Assembly: GCA_963747235.1 (NCBI GenBank)
Contig: CAVVEU010000006.1
Location: 1 to 39,480, forward strand
DNA length: 39,480 nt
Reading direction: 5' to 3'
Source of the DNA: an uncultured Candidatus Rokubacteria bacterium
Lineage (GTDB): Bacteria; Methylomirabilota; Methylomirabilia; Rokubacteriales; CSP1-6
The translations under genes and the position numbers were made by a program. Positions 29,807-39,480 of this stretch are shown piece after piece. Every line of letters starts with the position of its first letter. Position 1 is the stretch's first letter. The notes below the pieces were generated by a model, which made no database searches, was not told the origin of the DNA, and saw nothing but the letters and a program-made list of their open reading frames with translations.

Positions 29807-30755
29807 ATGGCCCGCGTCATCACGGTCGGGGCCGCGCAGCTCGGGCCCATCGCGCGGAGCGAGAGCCGGGGCCTGGTCGTCAAGCGCCTCCTGGACCTGC
29901 TCGGGCAGGCCCAGGGGCGCGGCTGCGATCTGGTCGTCTTTCCCGAGCTCGCCCTGACCACCTTCTTCCCACGCTGGTGGATGGAGGACCAGGCCGAGAT
30001 CGACGCCTTCTTCGAGCGGGAGATGCCCGGTCCCGAGACGCGGCCGCTCTTCGACGAGGCGGCGCGTCTCGGGATGGCGTTCTGCCTCGGCTACGCCGAG
30101 CTCGTCCAGGAAGGCGGCGCGCTCCGGCGCTACAACACGTCGATCCTGGTGGACCGCGCCGGGACACCTCGTCGGCAAGTACCGCAAGGTCCATCTCCCC
30201 GGCCACGCCGAGCACGAGCCGTGGCGCCCGTTCCAGCACCTGGAGAAGCGCTACTTCGACGTGGGCGATCTCGGCTTTCCGGTCTGGCGCGCGCTCGGCG
30301 GCGTGCTCGGCCTGTGCATCTGCAATGACCGGCGCTGGCCGGAGACGTATCGCGTCATGGGATTGCAGGGGGTCGAGATGATCCTGCTCGGCTACAACAC
30401 GCCGGCGCACAACCCGCCCGCGCCGGAGCAGGACGCGCTCGGCCCCTTCCACAATCACCTGGTGATGCAGGCCGGCGCCTATCAGAACGCCACCTGGGTC
30501 GTCGGCGTGGCCAAGAGCGGCCGGGAAGAAGGCTGCGACCTGATCGGCCAGAGCGCCATCATCGCGCCATCCGGCGAGATCGTGGCCCAGGCCGCCACGC
30601 TCGGCGACGAGCTCATCACCGCGCGCTGCGATCTCGATCTCACGCGCCCCTACAAGGACACGATCTTCAATTTCGCCCGCCACCGGCGCCCCGAGCACTA
30701 CCGGCTGATCGTGGATCGCGTGGGGGCGGAGCCGCCACCCGAGGAGCGCCGATGA
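29807..30755 (+). CDS. N-carbamoyl-D-amino-acid hydrolase (nitrilase superfamily); +1 frameshift near 30163
   Basis: FPELALTTFFPRW, KYRKVHLPGH, FQHLEKRYF, CICNDRRWPE (Glu-Lys-Cys triad). Confidence 0.88.
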
Positions 30756-31216
30756 CCGCGGCCGACATCTACTTCGAGGACTTCACGCCGGGACGGGAGT
30801 TCCGCACCGAGGGCATCACGGTCACCGAAGGCCAGATCATCGATTTCGCGATGGCCTTCGACCCGCAGCCCTTCCATCTCAACGTCGAGGCCGCCAAGGC
30901 GTCGATCTACGAAGGGCTCATCGCGAGCGGCTTCCAGACGATGGCGCTGACGTTCCGGCTCTTCGTCCAGACGCGCGCGCTGGCCGCGTGCAGCCTGGGC
31001 TCGCCGGGCGTGGACGAGGTGCGCTGGCTCCGGCCGGTGCGTCCCGGCGACACGCTGAAGGCGACGGTGCAGGTGCTGGAGCAGCGGCCGTCCACGTCGA
31101 AGCCGGACCGCGGCATCGTGCGGCTGCACTGGACCACCATCAACCACCGCGGCGAGCCGGTGCTCACCATGACGAGCCTGCAGCTCGTCCGACGCCGCCC
31201 GGCCGCCGGGGCCTGA
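30752..31216 (+). CDS. MaoC family dehydratase
   Basis: YFEDF, FDPQPFH, LIASG, W..PVRPGD. Confidence 0.9.
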   Translation: MTAADIYFEDFTPGREFRTEGITVTEGQIIDFAMAFDPQPFHLNVEAAKASIYEGLIASGFQTMALTFRLFVQTRALAACSLGSPGVDEVRWLRPVRPGDTLKATVQVLEQRPSTSKPDRGIVRLHWTTINHRGEPVLTMTSLQLVRRRPAAGA

Positions 31217-31217
31217 G

Positions 31218-31937
31218 TCAGTCCAGGCAGACCCGCACCGCGGAGGCGAGCGCGTGCAGCTCGCCGCTCTCCGAGACGATCGCGGACGCGCCGAGCAGGT
31301 TGCGGCCATCCGACGCGAAGGGCCAGCCCATCACGATCCACCGCGCGCCCACCTCGAGCGGACGGATCAGGTTGACCGTGAGCTGGCTCAGCACCGCCTT
31401 GCGGCGGCCGAAGGCCTCGAGCAGCGCGAAGCCGCTCGGGCAATCGAGCGCGGCCCAGACGAACTCGGGACGCACGGTGCCGCGCTTGTCGAACAGCGTC
31501 GGATCCGGCGCCCAGGGCGCGGCCACCAGGTGCCGGCCCGGCAGCGGGCCGGGGAAGATCGCGAGCCCGTCGCCCCACTCGCGCGCCGGCCCGCAGACGA
31601 AGCACTCGGGGGACGCGTGCTCGGTGAATCCCAGGTAGCGCTCGGAGGCCCACTGCGCCTCGGCGAACGACGGGGGCGTCGGCGGCTCGATCTGGAGCGT
31701 GGCCGGCTCGGCATGGGCGAGGACGGCCGCGCCGTCGTCGGAGAGCACCACGCGCCCGTCCGCGAGCCGCTCGATGCCGAAGGCGCGATCCACCGGGATC
31801 GGGGAATCGAGACTCACCCGCGCCGGACCGTCCACGTGTCGCCCGAGCAGCCCGGCGATGTAGCCGCCGCTCGCGGTCTTGGGGGAGCCGCAGAAACGAC
31901 CCTTCACGACGACGGCCTCGGCTTCGGCGATGTTCAT
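31218..31937 (-). CDS. Double hot-dog fold hypothetical (thioesterase-like) protein
   Basis: RFCG....GGY.AG, CFVCG, WAALDCP; ATG after GGAGG. Confidence 0.75.
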   Translation of the reverse strand: MNIAEAEAVVVKGRFCGSPKTASGGYIAGLLGRHVDGPARVSLDSPIPVDRAFGIERLADGRVVLSDDGAAVLAHAEPATLQIEPPTPPSFAEAQWASERYLGFTEHASPECFVCGPAREWGDGLAIFPGPLPGRHLVAAPWAPDPTLFDKRGTVRPEFVWAALDCPSGFALLEAFGRRKAVLSQLTVNLIRPLEVGARWIVMGWPFASDGRNLLGASAIVSESGELHALASAVRVCLD

Positions 31938-31964
31938 GGCGTCCTCCCTTGCGCGCGGTGTGTT

Positions 31965-32010
31965 CGCAAGCGCGGTGCCAGGGGCCGGGGAACACCATAT
32001 CAATAGCTTA
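31965..32010 (-). promoter_or_regulatory. Sigma54 promoter with upstream IHF site
   Basis: TGGCAC-CGCGC-TTGCG (31980-31965) and TATCAATAGCTTA (31998-32010). Confidence 0.75.
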
Positions 32011-32095
32011 CGACCCGCCATCGGGCGCTTCGCCCTGGCGCGGTGGGCGAAAATCCACCGGATTATTCGATCCGCGATTCGTGGCAGGATGAAGT

Positions 32096-33455
32096 GTGCG
32101 CTATCACTTCTCCGGCATCGCCGGCGTCGGGATGAACCCGCTGGCCCGGCTCATGCGGGCCCGCGGCCACGCCGTGCAGGGCTCCGACCGCTCCTTCGAT
32201 CAGGGCAAGAACGCGGAGGTGGCCGCCGGGCCTGGCCGCGCTCGGCATCGTCGTCCGACCCCAGGACGGCTCCGCGGTGACCGCGGACCTCGACCGCTTC
32301 GTGTATTCCACCGCGGTGGAGGCGGAGACGCCGGAGGTGCGCGCCGCCCGCGCATTCGGGCTCGAGCGCGTCCCGCGCCCGGCGCTGCTGGCCGAGGTGG
32401 TGGACGCGGGGCGGCCCGGCGTCGCCATCGCGGGCACCAGCGGCAAGAGCACGATCACCGGCATGGTGGGCTGGCTCACCCGCGAGGCGGGCGTGGCCGC
32501 CACCGTGCTGGGCGGCGCCGCGCTCGCGGGCGACGGGACGAGCGGCTGCTTCGTGCCGGGCCCGGTGGACGGGCCGGTCGCCGCGGAAGCCTGCGAGTCC
32601 GACGGCACGCTGACCGGCTACCACGCCACGCTCGGGCTCATCCACAACATCAGCCGCGATCACGGCGAGGTGGACGCGCTGCTACCCCAGTTCGAGGCCT
32701 TCGCCAAGCGCTCAGGCCGGCTCCTGGTCAATAGCGCCTCGCCCGAGGCGGCCCTGCTCGGCCGCGCGGTGGGCGCGCACAGCTACGGCGCGGGGCCGGA
32801 CGCCGACACGCCGCTCGAGGTCACGAGCACCGGTCCCCATCGCGCGCGCGGGATCCTGCACCTCCCCACCGGGCCGCTCGTCCTGGACGTGCCCCAGCCC
32901 GGCCTCCACAACCTGGAGAACGCGGCGGCCGCGGCCCTCATCGCGCTCGACCTGGGCATCGCTCCGGCGACGGTGGCGGCGCTGCTCGCCCGGTTCCCCG
33001 GCGTGGCGCGCCGCTTCGAGGTGATCGGCGTGACCGCCGCGGGCATCCGGGTGGTGGACGACTACGCGCACAACGGGGAGAAGCTCCGCGCCGCGATCAC
33101 CGCGGCCCAGGCCGGCGCTTCACGCGTGCTGGCGGTCTTCCAGCCGCATGGCTTCGGGCCCGCCCGCTTCCTGCGGCCCGAGCTGCGCGACCTGATGCCG
33201 CGGCTGCTGCGGCCCGCGGACCGCCTCTGCTACGCGGAGATCTTCTACGCGGGGGGCACCGTGGCCAAGGACATCTCGAGCCGCATGCTGGCCGACGACC
33301 TGCCGGCCGCCCTGGACTGCGGGTACGCGCCGAGCCACCCGGCGGTGATCGACTGGATCCGGGCGGAGGCCCGGCCGGGCGACACCGTGCTGATCATGGG
33401 CGCCCGGGACCCGGAGCTGCCCGGCCTGGCCCGGGCCGTGTTCACCGCCCTCTAG
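32096..33455 (+). CDS. Mur ligase (MurC/Mpl-like); +1 frameshift near 32230
   Basis: GIAGVGM, GSDR, GTSGKST P-loop, EACESDG, NISRDH, RRFE, DDYAHN, FQPH. Confidence 0.87.
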
Positions 33456-33493
33456 CCGACCCCCGCCCCTCCTCGTTCGACCGGCTGCATCCT

Positions 33494-33530
33494 TTAGGGT
33501 ACCCTAACCATCTGAAGTAGGGAACCCGAA
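33494..33530. promoter_or_regulatory. Palindromic operator with degenerate tandem copy upstream of ahpC
   Basis: Perfect palindrome TTAGGGTACCCTAA (33494-33507); 11/14 copy GTAGGGAACCCGAA (33517-33530). Confidence 0.6.
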
Positions 33531-33576
33531 CCCGCACGCGCCCTCCGGGGCGCGGAAGCCAAAAAGGAGCTACGCC

Positions 33577-34116
33577 ATGTTGACCGTCGGAGACCGTCTG
33601 CCCGAGTTCGACCTCCAGGCCACCGTCAGCCTCGACCGAGGCAAGGAATTCACCCAGATCAGCCACCAGAGCTATCCCGGCCAGTGGCTGGTGCTCTTCT
33701 CCTGGCCGATGGACTTCACCTTCGTCTGTCCCACCGAGATCGCCGAGTTCGGCAAGCGGAACGAGGATTTCCGCGAGCGCGACGCGCAGGTGCTCGGGAT
33801 GAGCACCGACACCCACTTCGTCCACCTCGCGTGGCGGCGCGATCACGCGGATCTCAAGAGCCTGCCGTTCCCCATGCTGGCCGACACCAAGCGCGAGCTC
33901 TCGACCGCGCTCGGCATCCTGCACCGGGGCGAGGGCGTGCCGCTGCGGGCCACCTTCATCGTGGATCCGCAGGGCGTCATCCGCTGGGCCAGCGTGAACG
34001 ACCTCTCGGTCGGCCGCAACGTGGACGAGGTCGTGCGCGTCCTCGACGCGCTCCAGACCGGCGAGCTCTGCCCGTGCAACTGGAAGGCGGGCGAGGCCAC
34101 GCTGCAGGTGGCGTGA
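33577..34116 (+). CDS. ahpC: Alkyl hydroperoxide reductase C (2-Cys peroxiredoxin)
   Basis: DFTFVCPTEI, GRNVDEV.R, LCPCNW. Confidence 0.94.
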   Translation: MLTVGDRLPEFDLQATVSLDRGKEFTQISHQSYPGQWLVLFSWPMDFTFVCPTEIAEFGKRNEDFRERDAQVLGMSTDTHFVHLAWRRDHADLKSLPFPMLADTKRELSTALGILHRGEGVPLRATFIVDPQGVIRWASVNDLSVGRNVDEVVRVLDALQTGELCPCNWKAGEATLQVA

Positions 34117-34117
34117 C

Positions 34118-34679
34118 GTGGACGCGCTCGAGCAGCTTCGCAGGAGCGATTCCCGACGCGGCGAAGGACATCCGCCTGAACCTGCAGGCGGTGCTGCGCG
34201 GGGGCGCGCTCTCGGAGACTCAGCGCTGGGGCGTGGCGGCGGCCGCGGCGGTCGCCGCCCGCCACGCGCGGCTCCGGGAGGCCGTGCTCGCGGCGGCGCT
34301 CACCGCGGCGGGGGCCGCTGCGGTGGAGGACGCCAAGGCGGCCGCGTCGCTCATGGCGATGAACAACGTCTACTACCGCTTCCGCCACATGGTGGGCAAG
34401 CCCATCTACGGCGAGAAGCCGGCCGGGCTCCGGATGAACCGGCTCATGCAGCCGGCGACCAACCGGACCGACTTCGAGCTCATAGCCCTCGCGGTGAGCG
34501 CGATCAACGGCTGCGAGATGTGCGTGCGCGCGCACGAGAAGACGGTGACGGACGGCGGGCTCACGCCCGATCACGTCAACGACGCGGTGCGGATCGCCGC
34601 GACGATCTACGCGGCGGCGGTGGCGCTGGAGGCGGGCGCGGAGGCGCCGGCGCTGGAGGTCTCGGCCCCGGGCGTCTAG
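34118..34679 (+). CDS. ahpD: Alkyl hydroperoxide reductase D; +1 frameshift near 34142
   Basis: IPDAAKDIRLNL, MAMNNVYYRF.H, SAINGCEMCVRAH. Confidence 0.9.
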
Positions 34680-34689
34680 CCCGGGCCGC

Positions 34690-36703
34690 TCAGCGCAGCG
34701 GGTGCGACGGGGCCGCGTCCTGCACGAGGCGCAGGGCGCGCTCCGCCTCGTCGATGGCGCGGCGGGCCTGGGTCAGCGCGAGCAGCGGGAAGTAGTTCCG
34801 GTAGAGCGTGTAGCGCAGGTAGAACACGTTGGGGAAGCCGGTGCCGGTGGCCAGGTGCTCGTCCCAGGTCCCGTCGGGCTTCTGGGTGTCCACGAGGTGC
34901 CGGACGCCGCGGACGAGCGCCTCGGTGTCGCCCTGGCCGGCCGCGATCAGGCCGAGCAGCGCCCACGCGGTCTGCGACGGGGTGCTCGGCGCGGGCACGA
35001 AGCGGCCCTCGTTGTAGCTCGCGCAGCTCTCGCCCCAGCCCCCGTCCTCGTTCTGCACCGAGGCGATCCACTTCCCCGCCTTCCACACCGCCTTGGAGGC
35101 GCCGGGATCCTGGGCGGCCCGCAGGCCGCGCAGGGCGAGGAAGGTGCCGTAGAGGTAGTTCACGCCCCAGCGCCCGTACCAGCTCCCGTCGCGCTCCTGC
35201 GTCTCGAGGAGGAAGCCCACGCCCTTCTCGATCGCGCGGATCCGACAGCTTGAAGCCGCGGCGGCACAGCGCCTCGAGCACGCGGCCGGTGATGTCCGGG
35301 CACGACGGGTCGAGCATCGCGTTGTGATCCGCGAAGGGCACGCGGTTGAGGAAGGCCCAGTTGTTGTCGGCGTCGAAGGCGGCCCAGCCCCCGTCGCCCG
35401 ACTGCATGCCCACGAGCCAGGCCACCGCGCGCCGCTCGCAGCGCTCCTGCGCGGCCGCGTCGGACGCCTGGGCGTGCTGCATGGCCAGCAGCACCATCGC
35501 GGTGTCGTCGATGTCGGGATAGTGCTCGTTGGCGAACTCGAAGGCCCAGCCGGACGGCTCCAGCTCGGGCCGCTTCACCGACCAGTCGCCGCGCCGCCGG
35601 ATCTCCTTGGCGATGAACCAGTCGGCGCCGCGCCGCATCGCGGCGGGCGCCACCGCGCCCATCTCCCCGAGCGCGAACATCGCGATGGCGGTGTCCCATA
35701 CCGGCGAGACGCAGGGCTGGAAGTAGAACGCCTCGGGCGTCTCGGTCAGCAGGCCCTCGTACTGGCGGATGGCCTCGATGAGGTCGGGATGGTCGCGCGG
35801 ATAGCCGAGGGCGTCCAGCGCCATGATCAGGTACATCATCGACGGGTAGATGGCGCCGAGCCCGTCGCTGTTCCGCGTGTGGTCCAGCACCCACTTCTCC
35901 GCCTCGCGGATCGCGGGCCGCCGGATCATCTCCGGCCCGCGCGTCGCCCACATCTTGAGCGCGATGTCGAGCTGGCGGAACAGCGCGGAGAGCCGGTCGC
36001 GCTTCGGCAGCTTGAAGCTCTTCCCCGGCACCACCAGCTCGTCCAGGGTGAAGCCCGCCGGCACCGGGCGCGTGTCCGTCTTGGCCTGGATGATGGTCAG
36101 CGGCATCACGATCGCGCGCGTCCAGGACGACATCTCGTAGATGAGCCCTCCCGGGACCAGGGCCAGCTCGACCGGGATCGTGGGCACGTGGCGCTTCGGG
36201 TAGAGGCCGAAGAGGCTCAGGTTGATCCGGACGTAGCTGTTCGCCTCCTGGAGGCCGCCCAGGTTGAGGATCGCGTCGCGCGCCCGCTGCAGCGGCTCGC
36301 TGTGGACGCCGAGCCCCGCGAGCTTGAGCGCGATGTAGCCCTTGATGGTGGCGTTGACGTCCGCGGGACCGTCCGGATAGATGTTGAAGCCGCCGTCCGA
36401 CTTCTGCCGGGCCAGGATGGCCTTGCGCGCCCGCTGGATGCGATCCCACGTGGGCGGCTTCCACTCGCCGTCGCGCGGCGGATGCAGCCAGAGCTGCAGC
36501 AGGACGTAGTCGGACTCGAGCGTGGAGTCGGCGAGCAGATCGCCCACCCAGTAGCCCTCGGGCTTCTGCATCGCGAGCAGCGTGGGCGCGGTGCGCGCGC
36601 AGGCGGCCGCGGCGGCCTCCGCGAGGGCGGCGCGATTCTCCGCGTGCGCCTCCGCCTGGTAGGTCGCCCGCGCCGGGAGTGGTTCGAACCAGGACGAGGG
36701 CAT
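34690..36703 (-). CDS. shc: Squalene-hopene cyclase; +1 frameshift near 35237
   Basis: QW repeats (Q..DGGW), SPVWDT, YPDIDDTA, WYGRWGVNY.YGT, TGTGFP.VFYLRY. Confidence 0.92.
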
Positions 36704-36723
36704 ATGGCAGCCAGTCTACACGA

Positions 36724-37527
36724 TCAGGGCCCGTCCTCCATGCGACTGAGCGGCGAGGTGATGGTGAGCCCGCCGTCGATCACGATGCACTGGCCGGTCA
36801 GGAACGACGCGGCGTCCGAGACCAGGTAGGCCACCAGGGCCGCCACGTCCTCGGGCGTCCCGTGCCGGCGCACCGGCGTGGCCGCGAGGAGCCGCGCGGT
36901 GGCCCGCTCGTAGTCGAGGCCGAGCCCCTGGGTCACGTAGTAGGTGGACGAGTCGGTCTTGACGAAGCCCGGCGTCACCGCGTTCACCGTGACGCCGAGG
37001 GGGCCCAGCTCCAGCGCGAGCCCGCGCACCAGGCTCTCGGCGGCGGCTTTCGCCGCGCCCAGCACGCTGTGGCCACCCATCGCCTGGAAGCTGTCGATCC
37101 CGGAGATCAGCACGATGCGCCCGGGCCGACCCGTCATGAGCGGAACCGCGGCCTGCGTCATCGCCACGAACGCGTCCACCGAGATCGCGAAGGTGCGGCG
37201 GACATTGTGCGGCTTCTGCTCCAGCACCGGACGGAACGCGGTGGCCGCCGCGTTCGCCACCAGCACGTCCACGCGGCCGAGCGCGGCGGCGATGCGCTCG
37301 AAGACCGGCGCGACCTGCTCCGGCTCCGCGAGCTCGAGCCGCTCCGCGATCGCGCGCACCCCCAGCGCCTCGAGCTCGGCCACCGTCTCACGCGCGGCGG
37401 GGGCGTCTTTCCGATAAATGATCGCGCAGTGGGCGCCGTCGCGGGCGAGCCGGAGCGCGATGCCGCGGCCGATGCCGCGGGAGCCGCCGGTGACGACGGC
37501 CACCCGTCCCTCGAGCGGCCGGGTCAC
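36724..37527 (-). CDS. Short-chain dehydrogenase/reductase (FabL-like)
   Basis: VTGGSRGIG, VANAA, AAKAA.E, VNAVTPG, IDGG; GTG overlaps the inferred upstream TGA. Confidence 0.88.
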   Translation of the reverse strand: MTRPLEGRVAVVTGGSRGIGRGIALRLARDGAHCAIIYRKDAPAARETVAELEALGVRAIAERLELAEPEQVAPVFERIAAALGRVDVLVANAAATAFRPVLEQKPHNVRRTFAISVDAFVAMTQAAVPLMTGRPGRIVLISGIDSFQAMGGHSVLGAAKAAAESLVRGLALELGPLGVTVNAVTPGFVKTDSSTYYVTQGLGLDYERATARLLAATPVRRHGTPEDVAALVAYLVSDAASFLTGQCIVIDGGLTITSPLSRMEDGP

Positions 37528-38529
37528 GCGCGGGCGCCGAGCCGGCTGCAGGATCGCCTCGGCCTCGTCCACGATCGACGCCATCAGCTCGGCCACCGGG
37601 CGCACGTCGTGAACGAGCCCCGCCGACTGGCCGGCCGCCGCGCTGCCGTGCTCGACGTCGCCCTCCTCGCGCGCGCGAATCGAGGCCGGCTTGCCGACGC
37701 GCTCGTACTGCACGGGAAAGGGCTGGATCTCGGCCTGGCGGCTCTCCCACTCGCGGGTGAAGGCGTTGCGGATCTGGCGATTGGGCTTGCCCGACACCGC
37801 GCGCGTGACGACCGTGCCTTCTTCATCGATGGCCGCGATCTTCTGCTTGTAGTTGTCGTGGCCGTGGGCCTCTCGCGTGGCGATGAAGCGCGTGCCCATC
37901 CAGACACCCGCCGCGCCCAGGGCCAGCGCGGCCACCAGCCCGCGCCCGTCGGCCAGGCCGCCCGCCGCGACCACCAGGCGCGGCGCCACCGCGTCCACCA
38001 CCGCGGGCGTGAGCACCACGCCGCCCACCCGCCCGGTGTGGCCGCCGCCCTCGTGGCCCTGCGCGATGATCACGTCCACGTCGTTGGCCGCGTGGTCGCG
38101 CGCCTGCTTCACGTTCCCGCAGAGGGCCATCACGGTGATGCCGAGCCGGTGCGCCTCCGCGGTCACCGGCCCCGGATTGCCGAGACCCGCGATCAGCACC
38201 GGCACGCGCTCCTCCAGCGTCACGTCGATCCAGCCCTTCACGGAATCGGTGAAGCGCTCCGTCTCCTGCCCGCTGGTGCGCACGCTCGCGAAGAGGATGT
38301 CCACGCCGAACGGCTTGTCGGTGAGGTCGCGCACGCGGCGGATCTCTTCGCGCAGATCCTTGGCGCTGCCGTGCGCGGCCGCGATGACGCCGAGCCCGCC
38401 CGCCGCGGAGACCGCGGCCGCGAGCTGCGCGCGCGCCACGAACGCCATGCCCGCCTGGCAGATCGGGTAGCGGATGCCGAGCCGCTCGCAGAGCGGCGTG
38501 TGGAGCGCGCTACGCGTCGCGGTGGTCAT
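37524..38529 (-). CDS. Nitronate monooxygenase/FabK family flavoprotein; +1 frameshift near 37543
   Basis: PICQAGM, AVSAAGGLG, QGHEGGGHTG, AAGGLADGRG, MGTRF, AGQSAG. Confidence 0.88.
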
Positions 38530-38553
38530 GCTCACTCACCTCGAGGAAAGGGT

Positions 38554-38640
38554 TGGTGCCGGAGGCGGGACTCGAACCCGCAGGCCCTTGCGAGCACCGC
38601 ATTTTGAGTGCGGCGCGTTTGCCAATTTCGCCACTCCGGC
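38554..38640 (-). tRNA. tRNA-Leu (CAA)
   Basis: GCCGGAGTGGCGAAATTGGCAAACGC-CCGCA CTCAAAA TGCGG, long variable arm, GGTTCGAGTCCC...ACCA; 87 nt. Confidence 0.96.
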
Positions 38641-38731
38641 GCGTGCCTATGATACGACAACCCGCCCTTGTATACTCTGGAGCGCTCCCGGATCCGTGGC
38701 GAAACCCGCATTCCATTTGAGGAGGTACCCC

Positions 38732-39262
<531 letters not shown>

Positions 39263-39285
39263 CACGTCGCAAGTATTCGCCAACC

Positions 39286-39314
39286 TTGACAAAAGAACGC
39301 GCGCTCAGTAAGCT
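39286..39314 (+). promoter_or_regulatory. Sigma70 promoter of tRNA-Ala
   Basis: TTGACA-17 nt-TAAGCT, followed by a GC-rich discriminator. Confidence 0.75.
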
Positions 39315-39326
39315 GGGCGACGCGGT

Positions 39327-39402
39327 GGGGCTGTAGCTCAGTTGGGAGAGCACAAGGCTGGCAGTCTTGGGGTCAGGGGTTCGAGCCCCCTCAGCTCCAC
39401 CA
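39327..39402 (+). tRNA. tRNA-Ala (GGC)
   Basis: GGGGCTGTAGCTCAGTTGGGAGAGC-CAAGG CTGGCAG TCTTG-GGTTCGAGCCC...CTCCACCA; G3:U70 pair. Confidence 0.97.
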
Positions 39403-39410
39403 AATCTTCA

Positions 39411-39442
39411 CGCGGGGTTACGGAGCGATCCGTGACCCCGCG
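39411..39442 (+). terminator. Stem-loop after tRNA-Ala
   Basis: CGCGGGGTTACGGA-gcga-TCCGTGACCCCGCG; weak U tract. Confidence 0.6.
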
Positions 39443-39480
39443 CGTGTGTTCGGCAGGCTCCAGGTTGCGCGGGGGTTGCG

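Noticed and set aside
36724-38535. 603-aa NMO-SDR fusion protein
   Set aside because: Removing one base near 37543 gives ...RLGARA-stop with a GTGA overlap onto the SDR start, matching the window-wide +1 error pattern.

Overview
High-GC bacterial chromosomal segment, mostly housekeeping and metabolic genes. Gene content and repeat style resemble Methylomirabilota/Rokubacteria, but that assignment is inference only. It is bounded by tRNA-Phe at the left and tRNA-Leu, tpx and tRNA-Ala at the right. The main block is an 11-subunit complex I-like operon (nuoA-B-C-D-H-I-J-K-L-M-N) with no nuoEFG. A two-domain NIPSNAP gene sits between nuoC and nuoD, and a palindromic element lies where nuoEFG usually are. 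Downstream is a separately promoted operon: AIR-synthase-like protein, GGT, exported protein, D-glutamate cyclase-like protein and class III aminotransferase. Also present: a sigma54-preceded GGDEF-EAL gene, an orphan ParB-like/HTH/Zn-ribbon gene, a solitary mreB paralog lacking the catalytic Glu, MscS, a Mur ligase, squalene-hopene cyclase, and bcp, trxA, ahpC, ahpD and tpx. Eleven genes carry frameshifts, ten of them net +1, most likely long-read errors. No CRISPR array, integrase or transposase was seen.
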